Shown: piece after piece, positions 36,068-46,755 of the stretch
Numbering within the stretch: position 1 is the first letter of the stretch
Layout: each line of letters begins with the position of its first letter
From: an uncultured Myxococcales bacterium
GTDB lineage: Bacteria > Desulfobacterota > Binatia > UBA1149 > SPBQ01
Direction of reading: 5' to 3'
Assembly (NCBI GenBank): GCA_964478045.1
Contig: CAYZHO010000001.1
Span: 18,658-66,562 of the forward strand
DNA: 47,905 nt
Notes under the pieces: generated by a model
What the model saw: the letters and a program-made list of their open reading frames with translations, nothing else
The model's database searches: none
Told to the model about the DNA's origin: nothing
Program-made: the position numbers and the translations under genes

Positions 36068-38554
36068 TCAGGCGAACTCTTCCTCCCCGAACCCACCGCC
36101 CGGATCTTCGCGATGACTCAGGTTGCGGAACCGCGCGAACTCCTTGTCGAACATAAGCTCTACGGTTCCAGTGGGACCGTTGCGCTGCTTTGCCACAATG
36201 ATTTCAGCGATACCCGCCTGCGGGGAGTCTGGATGGTACACTTCGTCCCGATATATGAAGGCGATCAAGTCTGCGTCCTGCTCGATCGCCCCGGAGTTGT
36301 GGCTCACGATGCCGTCGGCAAGCCAGCACGCGGTCGAAGGAACCGTCAGATCGTAAACCAGCTCCCGGCCAGCCGGCGCGATCTCAACCACGTGCTCCCA
36401 CGTCAGATCTCCGCTCGGCCATACCGCTTCGCACGCGCGCTCAATCCCGCCGGGGCCGCCACGCGGCGATGCCGCCGGTCGGCCGTTACCGACAGCGGCC
36501 ATCAGCCAAGCGAACTCTCGAATGCGTTCGACCTCCGCCGCTTGCCGGCCGACTCCCCCTACCTGCTCGACGTAGGCCGCCAGCGCTTCCGCCTGGCGTA
36601 CCACGACGCAGTGCCGCAGGCCGGTGCCAGCAGAAGTCATCGCGCGTGTCTCCGAAGCGATTCCGCAGCGTAGCAACAGCGCCATCACGTCCTCAGCCAA
36701 CGCTCGGGTAGGCAAGGCAATCCGCACGAACGGCCGGCGGTTCTCTCCCCCACTGGCTACCGTGCCGAGCGCATCGGTCACGTGGCGCAGGAAGACGCCC
36801 ACCAACTCGTTTGGCAGGCGAAAGACCATCTCAGGAACGCGGCGCTCGGGCAGCGGTCGCTCGATTTGGCCGGCTCGCATAACCAGGGAAATGAGCTCCC
36901 CGCTCGCGACGGTGACCTCTCTCTCCCCGATTTCGACGCGCCCCTCGAACTCCCGTTCACTGAGCTCCGCGACCCGGCGCCGTACGTCCTGCCGGAGGCG
37001 AGCGAACCGAATCCGCCCGTCATGCAAAACCGAACCGTTGACCAACAGGTAGGCGAGCATTGCCACGTGTTTCGCCGGTGCCGAGTAAGGACGCTCGGGC
37101 GCCGGCAGCCGGCGGGCAACCGCAATTCGCTCGCCCACACGCAGGTCACGCGCGCAGCGCCAGCCGCGCTCGCTGAGGAGGCGGTGCGTCGCGGTCACCT
37201 TTAGAGCGCGCCCACTTTCGGTTCTCACCCTCCACACGGACCTTCGCCCGACGCGCCAGACGAGGTCGCATTGAGCGAATGCCAAGCGCCCGTCCCCGGC
37301 TACGCTCACCACTCGGGGACGCTTGCCTACCAGGGCCCGCACGGGAAGACGACGCCCGTCGCTCAGGTTCACGAGGGTATCCCCCGTTACGCACTCGCGC
37401 AGGTCGGCCATCACAGGTTTTTTCTCCGATCTCAGTTCGACCTGCCGGTTGAGCTGAGACAGCGCAATGACGGGAACGTTGAGCTCCTTGGCCAGCGCTT
37501 TGAGCGATCGGGAAATGTTCGAAATCTCCTGCTCTCGGCTCTCTTCCCCGGAACCCTTCATCAGTTGCAGGTAGTCGACGATGATGAGCCCGAGATTGGC
37601 GTCCGGGTCGCGCTTGAGCCGCCGCGCTCTGGCGCGCAGCTCCATTACCGACAGTGCCGGCGTGTCGTCGATGTATATCGGGGCACTACCGAGGTTGCCC
37701 GCTGTAAGCGCCAGATTCTTGAAATCCCGTTGCCGCAACTGGCCAATGCGAACCTTTGCAAGGTCCAGCTCGGCCTGGGAGCACAGCATCCGCAGCACCA
37801 ACTGTTCGCTCGACATCTCCAGCGAGAAGATCGCCACGCCGATGCCATGCTCGAGCGCAACGTTCTCGGCAATGTTCAGGCAAAACGCCGTCTTACCCAT
37901 GCTCGGCCGCCCGGCCACGATGATCAGATCGGAAGGCTGAAAGCCCGCCGTGAGGCGGTCGAGATCGATAAAGCCGCTCGGCACCCCAGTCACGGCGGAT
38001 TTGCGCTTGGTGAGAGCCTCGATCTTCGAAACCGACTCGACGATCAGCGAGTCGATCCGCCGCGGCCCGCTCTGCAGTGCCCGTTCCGAAACCTCGAAGA
38101 TCGCCTGCTCGGCCTCGTCCACGAAGCGTGCCGTATCGATGGCCGCCTCGTAGCCGCGCTCGGCGATCTCGTTCGAAACCCGGATAAGCCGCCGCAGTAC
38201 CGCCTTGTCCCGCACGATTCGGGCGTAATGCTCCACATTGGCCGCCGTGGGAACCTTTTCGGACAGCTCCATCAGGTAGGCCACACCGCCGACCCGGGCC
38301 AGCTCGCCGCGCTGCTTCAGTCGCTCGGCGACCGTCACGGCGTCCATGGGAAGCCCTTCGTTCGACAGCGACGACATGGCCGCGAAAATGCGGGCGTGCC
38401 GCTCGACGTAAAAGTCTTCCGGTCCAACTAGGTCCGCGATCCGGTCGTAAGCGTCGTTGTCTAGAAAGATGGCGCCGAGCACCGATTCTTCGGCCTCGAT
38501 GCTGTGAGGGGGGACCCTAGAGAAGCCTGAGAATCCTCCGCTGCCGCCACTCAT
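36068..38554 (-). CDS. dnaB: Replicative DNA helicase (intein-containing; ~462 aa after splicing)
   Basis: Motifs PPHSIEAEESVLG, AGRPSMGKT, FSLEM, IVDYLQL, LSQLNR, DLRE|intein|SGAIEQDAD and KQRNGPTG. AAGGA SD before ATG 38554. Confidence 0.97.
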   Translation of the reverse strand: MSGGSGGFSGFSRVPPHSIEAEESVLGAIFLDNDAYDRIADLVGPEDFYVERHARIFAAMSSLSNEGLPMDAVTVAERLKQRGELARVGGVAYLMELSEKVPTAANVEHYARIVRDKAVLRRLIRVSNEIAERGYEAAIDTARFVDEAEQAIFEVSERALQSGPRRIDSLIVESVSKIEALTKRKSAVTGVPSGFIDLDRLTAGFQPSDLIIVAGRPSMGKTAFCLNIAENVALEHGIGVAIFSLEMSSEQLVLRMLCSQAELDLAKVRIGQLRQRDFKNLALTAGNLGSAPIYIDDTPALSVMELRARARRLKRDPDANLGLIIVDYLQLMKGSGEESREQEISNISRSLKALAKELNVPVIALSQLNRQVELRSEKKPVMADLRECVTGDTLVNLSDGRRLPVRALVGKRPRVVSVAGDGRLAFAQCDLVWRVGRRSVWRVRTESGRALKVTATHRLLSERGWRCARDLRVGERIAVARRLPAPERPYSAPAKHVAMLAYLLVNGSVLHDGRIRFARLRQDVRRRVAELSEREFEGRVEIGEREVTVASGELISLVMRAGQIERPLPERRVPEMVFRLPNELVGVFLRHVTDALGTVASGGENRRPFVRIALPTRALAEDVMALLLRCGIASETRAMTSAGTGLRHCVVVRQAEALAAYVEQVGGVGRQAAEVERIREFAWLMAAVGNGRPAASPRGGPGGIERACEAVWPSGDLTWEHVVEIAPAGRELVYDLTVPSTACWLADGIVSHNSGAIEQDADLIAFIYRDEVYHPDSPQAGIAEIIVAKQRNGPTGTVELMFDKEFARFRNLSHREDPGGGFGEEEFA
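36296..37393 (-). mobile_element. DnaB intein (366 aa) with degenerate LAGLIDADG homing endonuclease
   Basis: Starts CVTGDT, has block B TATH and block F VYDLTV, ends SHN with +1 Ser. Central LAYLLVNG and FLRHVTDALG resemble LAGLIDADG blocks. Confidence 0.93.
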
Positions 38555-38634
38555 GCCACAGGTCCTTGATGGCCGCGGGGGCAGTGAAAAGCAAGCACGC
38601 GCGTGTGATGATGTGCGCAGGCTGCGTTGCCGGG

Positions 38635-39414
38635 CTACGAACGCCGCCCGAGACGCGGCTCGAGCCGCCGCCGTAGTGTGCACAACCGGTCGAGCGCTTC
38701 ACCGATCCGCGGACCGTACCAAGTAAGGTCGCGCCCCAGCACGGGGACGCAGCGGGCACTCACCCCCGCCCGCCGGAGCTCTTCTCCATGAGATAGGGCG
38801 AAACGGTACGGTTCATCCGGCAGCAAAACCACCTCGGGCCTGCGTTCGGCCACCTCCCCGGCCGTTACCTCGAAGAAGTCGTCTCCTCGCCCTGCAAACA
38901 CGTTCGCGAAACCACACTGGCACAACACGTCATTCACGTAGGTGCGCCCGCCGATCGTCATCCACGGGTTGCGCCATATCGGGCAGAAAGTTGCGATCGG
39001 TGCGAGCCGCTCCCGCTGTAGCCGGCACCGCTCAAGCGCCCGGCGGCAACGGGTCAGCACCGTGGCCGTTTGCCGCTTCGCCCCGATCAGTGTGCCCAGC
39101 CGATCGAGCTCCGCCAGGGCTTGGGCAACGCTGCGCGGATGGGTCACCCATACCGAGATTCCCGCAGCCACCAGCGCTTCGTAGTCTTCCCGGCGATTTT
39201 CCTCGGCGCTCATCAGGACCAAATCCGGCCGCAGGTCGACGATCCGACCCACATTCGGGTCCTTCGTGCCTCCCACTGCCTCTACGCTGGTTACCTCCGG
39301 TGGTTCAACGCAGAAACGGGTCCGCGCGACCAGGGTACTGCCGCACCCTACGGCCCAGACAAACTCCGTCAGGCTCGGCACGAGACTCGCGATACGCTGC
39401 ACTCTGCGTCCCAC
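38635..39414 (-). CDS. BtuF-like helical-backbone (cobalamin/metal) binding protein, no signal peptide
   Basis: Motifs RIASLVPSLTE, T.FCVEP, VGGTKDPN, LRPDLV, EEN, IWRNPWMT and EPY.F..WYGPR. Start uncertain (39402-39465). Confidence 0.82.
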   Translation of the reverse strand: MGRRVQRIASLVPSLTEFVWAVGCGSTLVARTRFCVEPPEVTSVEAVGGTKDPNVGRIVDLRPDLVLMSAEENRREDYEALVAAGISVWVTHPRSVAQALAELDRLGTLIGAKRQTATVLTRCRRALERCRLQRERLAPIATFCPIWRNPWMTIGGRTYVNDVLCQCGFANVFAGRGDDFFEVTAGEVAERRPEVVLLPDEPYRFALSHGEELRRAGVSARCVPVLGRDLTWYGPRIGEALDRLCTLRRRLEPRLGRRS

Positions 39415-39419
39415 AGGCG

Positions 39420-40115
39420 TCAGGCCGCGCGGCGCCGCCCTCCCGAGCCTTCGATCACCGGCCATCCCCGCTGGCGCGCTTCGATCCTCAACCGCGGGTC
39501 CGGCGCGACGACTCGCGGATGCCCAACCCGTTCGAGCACAGGCAAGTCCGTGATCGAATCGGTATAGAAGTAGCTGTCTTCCAGCCGGATACCGTGCCGC
39601 TCGGCAAAGCGAACGGCGTGCTCAAGCTTGCCCCGCCCGTAACACAAAGGCAGCTCGGCGCGGCCAGTGAAGCGCCCATCCACGACCTCGAGCCGACTCG
39701 CGATCACGTGTTCGATCCCGAGGTCCGCCGCAATCAAGTCGTTCAAATAGCGCGTGCCGCCTGTCAGGAGGGCCACCAGGTGCCCCATGCGCTGGTGTTC
39801 TCGAACCTTGTCGACCATTTCCGAGCGGAAGTAGTGCCGGACTTCGGTCTCGTACCAGTGGCGGCAGTGCTCGGCCACCTCACTCTCGAGGCGCCCTCGC
39901 AACCAGCGGGACGTAACGGACGCCAGGCTGCGCACGTTCAAGATCCCCAAGCGGTACGTCACGTACGCCCAGTAGATCCGCAACAGGTCGCCCAGGTCCA
40001 TCAGCCCGTGGCGCCTCAGGTAGCCGATGTACAGGGTCCCGGACTGAACGCGCAGCAGGGTCCCGTCGACGTCGAAGAAGGCAGCGACCCGCCTGGTAGG
40101 CTCCCCCTCAGACAC
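39420..40115 (-). CDS. HAD-IB (SerB-like) hydrolase
   Basis: Motifs [22 protein letters not shown] and [14 protein letters not shown] start overlaps the thiolase stop. Confidence 0.9.
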   Translation of the reverse strand: MSEGEPTRRVAAFFDVDGTLLRVQSGTLYIGYLRRHGLMDLGDLLRIYWAYVTYRLGILNVRSLASVTSRWLRGRLESEVAEHCRHWYETEVRHYFRSEMVDKVREHQRMGHLVALLTGGTRYLNDLIAADLGIEHVIASRLEVVDGRFTGRAELPLCYGRGKLEHAVRFAERHGIRLEDSYFYTDSITDLPVLERVGHPRVVAPDPRLRIEARQRGWPVIEGSGGRRRAA

Positions 40116-41289
40116 GCTCGACGGCAAGGGCGATTCCCTGGCCACCGCCGATGCACAGCGAGGCAACGCCGAGCCGAGCTCCCCGGTTTTTCATCGCGTA
40201 CAGCAGCGTCACCAGGATTCGCGCCCCGCTAGCACCAATCGGATGGCCGAGTGCGATCGCCCCTCCATTGACGTTGACTTTTTCGGGATCGAGCTTGAGC
40301 TCAGCCAGCACCCCCAGCGACTGGGCAGCGAAAGCCTCATTCAGCTCCCAGAGATCTACCTCTTCCTTGGCAATGCCAGTGCGCGCCAACAGCTTTTCCA
40401 CCGCCGGCCACGGCCCCATCCCCATGATCGCCGGATCGACCCCGGCGCTGGCGACGCCACGGATCACTGCCAGCGGCTCGAGTCCGCGCTGCTTCGCTCG
40501 CTCCTCGGACATCACGACGAGCGCTGCCGCTCCGTCGTTGATGCCGGAAGCATTGCCCGCCGTTACCGTTCCGTCTTTCTTGAATGCAGGACGCAGCTTG
40601 GCGAGCCGCTCGAGTGTGGTGTCCGGCCGCACATGCTCGTCCTTGTCGAAGACGATCGGGTCCCCTTTTTTCTGGGCGATCTCCACCCCAAAGATTTCTT
40701 CGTCGAATGCGCCCGAGGCCTGCGCGGCAGCGGCCTTACGCTGGCTCGCTGCGGCGAACTCATCCTGTGCCTCGCGCGAGATTCCGTATTTCTCGGCGAT
40801 GTTCTCTGCCGTGATGCCCATGTGGACCAGCGTGATCGGGCACGTCAGACCGTCGGCGATCATCGAGTCGAGCAGTTCGCCGTGGCCCATGCGGTAGCCG
40901 AAACGCGCCTTGGCGAGCAGGTAGGGAGCCATACTCATGTTCTCCATCCCACCGGCCACGACCACATCGGCATCCCCTGCGGCGACCGCCTGGCTCGCGA
41001 GCGCGACCGCTTTGAGGCCAGAACCGCACGCTTTGTTGACTGTGAAGGTCGGAACCTCCTTGGGAATCCCAGCACCGAGCGACGCGACGCGCGACGGATT
41101 GAGCCCCAGTCCCGCCGCAAGCACGTTGCCGAGAATGACTTCGTCGACTTCGCTGCCCTCCAGTCGTGCTCGCGCGAGCGCTTCTTTGACCGCTAGCGCA
41201 CCCAGATCCGTCGCTTTGGTAGTGGACAACGCGCCGCCGAACGTTCCCACGGCCGTGCGGCACGCGCTGACGATTACTGCCTTGCGCAA
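40108..41289 (-). CDS. atoB: Acetyl-CoA C-acetyltransferase (thiolase)
   Basis: Motifs [41 protein letters not shown] and CIGGGQG. Confidence 0.95.
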   Translation of the reverse strand: MRKAVIVSACRTAVGTFGGALSTTKATDLGALAVKEALARARLEGSEVDEVILGNVLAAGLGLNPSRVASLGAGIPKEVPTFTVNKACGSGLKAVALASQAVAAGDADVVVAGGMENMSMAPYLLAKARFGYRMGHGELLDSMIADGLTCPITLVHMGITAENIAEKYGISREAQDEFAAASQRKAAAAQASGAFDEEIFGVEIAQKKGDPIVFDKDEHVRPDTTLERLAKLRPAFKKDGTVTAGNASGINDGAAALVVMSEERAKQRGLEPLAVIRGVASAGVDPAIMGMGPWPAVEKLLARTGIAKEEVDLWELNEAFAAQSLGVLAELKLDPEKVNVNGGAIALGHPIGASGARILVTLLYAMKNRGARLGVASLCIGGGQGIALAVERV

Positions 41290-41346
41290 GGTACTAACCT
41301 CCCCTCTTTTTCGTTCGAGCGACCGGTAGCCGCTGCCTTGCCGGCC

Positions 41347-41754
41347 TCACCCGCTGCGCGGTGCGATGTTGGCCCGCACCCACTCGATGATCTCTTGAGT
41401 GCTGGCCCCCGGCGTAAAGATCTCCTTGATGCCCAGGCGCTTGAGTTCGGCAGCGTCGTCGTCGGGAATGATTCCACCGCCGAACACTGGAATGTCCTCG
41501 GCCCCTTTCTCCTTTAGCAACTCGAGCACTCGAGGGAACAGCGTCATGTGCGCCCCGGAGAGAATCGACAGGCCGATGGCGTCGACATCCTCCTGAATCG
41601 CCGCCTCGACGATCATCTCGGGCGTCTGGTGAAGCCCCGTATAGATCACTTCGAACCCTGCGTCTCGCAGCGCGCGTGCGATGATTTTGGCGCCCCGGTC
41701 GTGCCCGTCCAGGCCGGGCTTTGCGACGAGGATTCTCAACTTCTGCTCCGTCAC
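41347..41754 (-). CDS. icmB: Cobalamin-binding small subunit of acyl-CoA mutase
   Basis: [12 protein letters not shown] (DxHxxG), SILSGAH and GGGII. GGAGGT SD before GTG. Confidence 0.9.
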   Translation of the reverse strand: MTEQKLRILVAKPGLDGHDRGAKIIARALRDAGFEVIYTGLHQTPEMIVEAAIQEDVDAIGLSILSGAHMTLFPRVLELLKEKGAEDIPVFGGGIIPDDDAAELKRLGIKEIFTPGASTQEIIEWVRANIAPRSG

Positions 41755-41781
41755 CTGGCTTGCACCTCCCGAATCACCTGC

Positions 41782-43395
<1,614 letters not shown>

Positions 43396-43497
43396 CGCCC
43401 AAGCTACTGCCGCCCCGCTCGCTGCCGGGGCCCACGCCTCCCAAAGACTGGCACACTAACTCAGCCGCCCCGCCGATGCCAAACGCGCACGTGGAGC

Positions 43498-44454
43498 TCA
43501 GTCGTAGACGGGCCGATAGTCGAAGCGATGGTGCGTCTCGAGCAAGCGGACGGTGCCGCTCTGCGATCGCATCACCACCGAATGGCTGATCGCACCTCCT
43601 TTGAAGAAGCGTACCCCGCGCAAGTACTCGCCATTTGTCACACCGGTCGCGGCGAACAGCACGTGGCCGCCGACCATGTCGTCGAGCGTCAGGATCCGGT
43701 CGATATCGCTCACCCCGCACTCGTAGAGCGCATTAATCTCCTGCTGGTTGCGGGGGGCGAACCGGCATTCCATTACACCCCCCATACACTTGATCGCCGC
43801 AGCCGATAGGACGCCTTGGGAGGCACCGCCGATCCCCATCAGCAAGTCCACGTCTGAGTCTTCGCGCGCAGCCGCCATCGCCGCCGCCACGTCGCCATGC
43901 GGAATCAGCCGTACCCGGGCGCCGGCCGCCCGCACTCGCTCGATCAGCTCGTCGTGGCGCGGGCGGTCGAGGATCATCACGCATAGATCCTCCACGTAGA
44001 CGGATCGGACCTCGGCCAAGGCCCGTAGATTCTCCTCCGGACTCTTGGCCAGGCTCACAACGCCGCGGCCATCGGCTGAGGTGGCGATCTTCTCCATATA
44101 CGTATTCGGGGGACACCGGAGGAAAGAGCCTTTGGTACCGAGCGCCATGATCGACATGGCGTTGGGGCCCCCAAGCGCGCAGCTCAGTCCGCCTTCGACC
44201 GGATCGACCGCAATATCGACCTCTTGTCCGGTGTTCCCCAACCGCGACCCGACCGCCAGCGGCTCGTCGGGACGCTGCTGGGGATCGCCGACAACGATCT
44301 CCCCTTGCACGCCGATGGACGGAAACGCTTTGCAAATCGCCTCGGCCGCCACCCGCTCGGGCGCCATCTCATCACCGCGCCCGCTTTCCCGTGCTGCCGC
44401 CAAAGCGGCCGCTTCCGTCACGCGAACGAGGTCGAGCGCAAGGTTACGTTCCAT
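43498..44454 (-). CDS. glpX: Class II fructose-1,6-bisphosphatase (GlpX) homologue with altered catalytic residues
   Basis: Fold motifs RVTEAAALAA, DIAVDPVEG, YMEK, RPRH, GDV, GIGG, FAATGVT and SVVMRS..GTVR. Key acidic and Thr residues are changed (see findings). Confidence 0.88.
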   Translation of the reverse strand: MERNLALDLVRVTEAAALAAARESGRGDEMAPERVAAEAICKAFPSIGVQGEIVVGDPQQRPDEPLAVGSRLGNTGQEVDIAVDPVEGGLSCALGGPNAMSIMALGTKGSFLRCPPNTYMEKIATSADGRGVVSLAKSPEENLRALAEVRSVYVEDLCVMILDRPRHDELIERVRAAGARVRLIPHGDVAAAMAAAREDSDVDLLMGIGGASQGVLSAAAIKCMGGVMECRFAPRNQQEINALYECGVSDIDRILTLDDMVGGHVLFAATGVTNGEYLRGVRFFKGGAISHSVVMRSQSGTVRLLETHHRFDYRPVYD

Positions 44455-45694
44455 CCGCCTGTTGCCTCCGTCGGGATTTGGCTCGCTCGACTTCCGGCGC
44501 ACCGGCGAGGAAGTGTTCGATCAGCTCGTGGCCTCGCTCGACGAACCAGCCACTCTCGCTCGCCGTCCTCTCGCTGAACGGCAGCCCACTCCCTTCTTGC
44601 ACTCGCGAGTCGAAAATCACGAACGGTACCGGATCGGCCGTATGTGTCCGAACCGACACCGGCGTAGCGTGGTCGGGCAGTACCATAATTCGTACCGGCC
44701 CAATTCCGTCGAGCCCCTCCAGAATGGTTCCCAGTACCAGGCGATCCAGGTCTTCGATTGCGCGAACTTTGAGCGCCGCATCCCCCATGTGCCCGGACTC
44801 GTCGGGCGCCTCGACGTGAACGAACACCAAGTCGGCCTCTGCCAGCGCCTCCACCGCGTGGGCTCCTTTGCCGGCGTAGTTCGTATCGACGAATCCCGTG
44901 ACGCCCGGAACCTCGATGCGCTCGAGACCCGCCAGCCGGCCGAGTCCCCCGACGACGTCGACTGCGGTGATCACTCCACCACGCAAGCCAAACCGCTCGG
45001 CCAGCGTTGGCATCGCCGGCCGCTTTCCCTGTCCCCACAACCACACATCCGTGACGGGTTTCTCGCCCCGCTCCGCTCGCCGGGCGTTGACCGGATGCCT
45101 GGCGATCACTTCCCGGGCTCGGGCCGCAATCTCGGCCAGCCGGTCGGCACCTTGACCGCGCGGTCGGTAACCCGCCACTGGCTTCCCCGTGATGTCATGT
45201 GGAGGTACCGTCTCGAGCGCAACGGGTCCACCGTGCCATATCATGACGTGGCGGTAGCTAACGCCGGCGTGAAACTCGATCTCCTCGGAACCGAGCTCCG
45301 ACTGGATGGCCTCGATAATTTCTCTTGCGTCCTCAGTACTTACGTGGCCTGCCGTGAAGTCGTCCATGATTTCTTGGCCCGGCTCCCCAGCAAGCGTAAC
45401 CAGGTTGCACCGGAAGGCCACGTCCTCCTCGCCCAGCTCGATCCCCATGCTCGCTGCTTCGATCGGCGACCGCCCAGTGTGGTAGCGCGCCGGATCGTAG
45501 CCGAGGATGCTCATCGTCCCTACGTCCGTGCCTGCCGGAAAACCAGGGGGAATCGTTTGCGCGAGGCCCAGCCGGCCGGCCGCGCTGAGGCGGTCCATGT
45601 TTGGCGTGCGGGCTTTCTCGAGTGGGGTGAGCCCACCGAGCTCCGGAATCGGATAATCCGACATTCCGTCGCCTTGAACGATGACGTACTTCAT
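44444..45694 (-). CDS. apgM: ApgM-family cofactor-independent phosphoglycerate mutase / proposed homoserine kinase
   Basis: Motifs [43 protein letters not shown] and PDHATP..HT.DPVP. ATGA overlap with thrC. Confidence 0.9.
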   Translation of the reverse strand: MKYVIVQGDGMSDYPIPELGGLTPLEKARTPNMDRLSAAGRLGLAQTIPPGFPAGTDVGTMSILGYDPARYHTGRSPIEAASMGIELGEEDVAFRCNLVTLAGEPGQEIMDDFTAGHVSTEDAREIIEAIQSELGSEEIEFHAGVSYRHVMIWHGGPVALETVPPHDITGKPVAGYRPRGQGADRLAEIAARAREVIARHPVNARRAERGEKPVTDVWLWGQGKRPAMPTLAERFGLRGGVITAVDVVGGLGRLAGLERIEVPGVTGFVDTNYAGKGAHAVEALAEADLVFVHVEAPDESGHMGDAALKVRAIEDLDRLVLGTILEGLDGIGPVRIMVLPDHATPVSVRTHTADPVPFVIFDSRVQEGSGLPFSERTASESGWFVERGHELIEHFLAGAPEVERAKSRRRQQADGT

Positions 45695-46755
45695 GGACGA
45701 TCCAGCCCCATCACGGCCAGCGCTTGGTCGACGTTTGCCTCGATCTCGGTTGGTTCCGGACACACCTTCATCGCAGTATCCGGGTCTTTGAGGCCGTGGC
45801 CGGTGAGCGTGCAGACGACCGTGGATCCCGACGCCAGCCGGCCCTCGCGGGCGAGTTTGCGCAAGCCGGCGATCGAGGCCGCCGAGGCCGGCTCGGCAAA
45901 GACCCCTTCGGTCGCCGCAAGCATCTTGTACGCTTCGAGAATTTCTTCGTCCGTCACCGCCTCGATCACCCCGCCGGATTCGTCACGCGCTGCCTCGGCT
46001 TTCTTCCAGCTCACGGGATTGCCGATTCGAATCGCCGACGCGACCGTTTCCGGATGCTCGATCGGATGGCCCCGCACGATCGGCGCGGCTCCCGCTGCCT
46101 GAAACCCCATCATCCGCGGCAGGGCATCGATCCGGCCCGCTGCGTGGTATTCGCGATATCCCATCCAGTAGGCCGTGATATTTCCGGCATTGCCCACTGG
46201 AAGGACGTGGTACTCGGGAGCACGTCCGAGTACGTCGCAGACTTCGAAAGCGGCCGTTTTCTGGCCCTCGAGCCGGTATGGGTTGACCGAGTTGACCACG
46301 GTCACGTCGCGTGCCGCCGCAACACCCCGCACTACTTCGAACGCGTCGTCGAAGGAACCACGGACTGCCAGTACCACCGCCCCGTGCATGACGGCCTGGC
46401 TCAGCTTGCCGAGCGCGATGCTACCTTTGGGAACGATGACAAACGCACGAAGCCCGGCGCGTGCTGCGTATGCTGCAGCCGAGGCCGAGGTGTTTCCTGT
46501 AGAGGCGCAAATCACCGCCGGCGCTCCCGAAGCGACCGCCATTGTGATCGCAACGGTCATGCCGCGGTCCTTGAAGGAGCAGGTCGGATTGAGACCCTCG
46601 AACTTGAGGAACACGCGAACGTCCGCCCCCAAACTGGCGGCTAGGCGTGGGGCCTCGATCAGCGGCGTATTGCCCTCGAGCAGTGTAACCGGAGCTACTT
46701 CCCGCGGCACCGGCAAGTGCTCCCGGTAGTGTTCGATTACGCCCGGCCAGCTCAT
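45691..46755 (-). CDS. thrC: Threonine synthase
   Basis: Motifs [16 protein letters not shown] (PLP Lys), [17 protein letters not shown] and TGHGLKDP. Confidence 0.96.
   Translation of the reverse strand: MSWPGVIEHYREHLPVPREVAPVTLLEGNTPLIEAPRLAASLGADVRVFLKFEGLNPTCSFKDRGMTVAITMAVASGAPAVICASTGNTSASAAAYAARAGLRAFVIVPKGSIALGKLSQAVMHGAVVLAVRGSFDDAFEVVRGVAAARDVTVVNSVNPYRLEGQKTAAFEVCDVLGRAPEYHVLPVGNAGNITAYWMGYREYHAAGRIDALPRMMGFQAAGAAPIVRGHPIEHPETVASAIRIGNPVSWKKAEAARDESGGVIEAVTDEEILEAYKMLAATEGVFAEPASAASIAGLRKLAREGRLASGSTVVCTLTGHGLKDPDTAMKVCPEPTEIEANVDQALAVMGLDRP

Noticed and set aside
43396-43497. Cobalamin riboswitch upstream of the mutase
   Set aside because: The gap is only about 100 nt and shows no B12-box-like motif.
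44045-46102. 685-aa plus-strand ORF (and similar ones at 41548-43101, 38991-40232, 37271-38431)
   Set aside because: Antisense shadows of well-supported minus-strand genes, which is common in high-GC DNA. No recognisable motifs.
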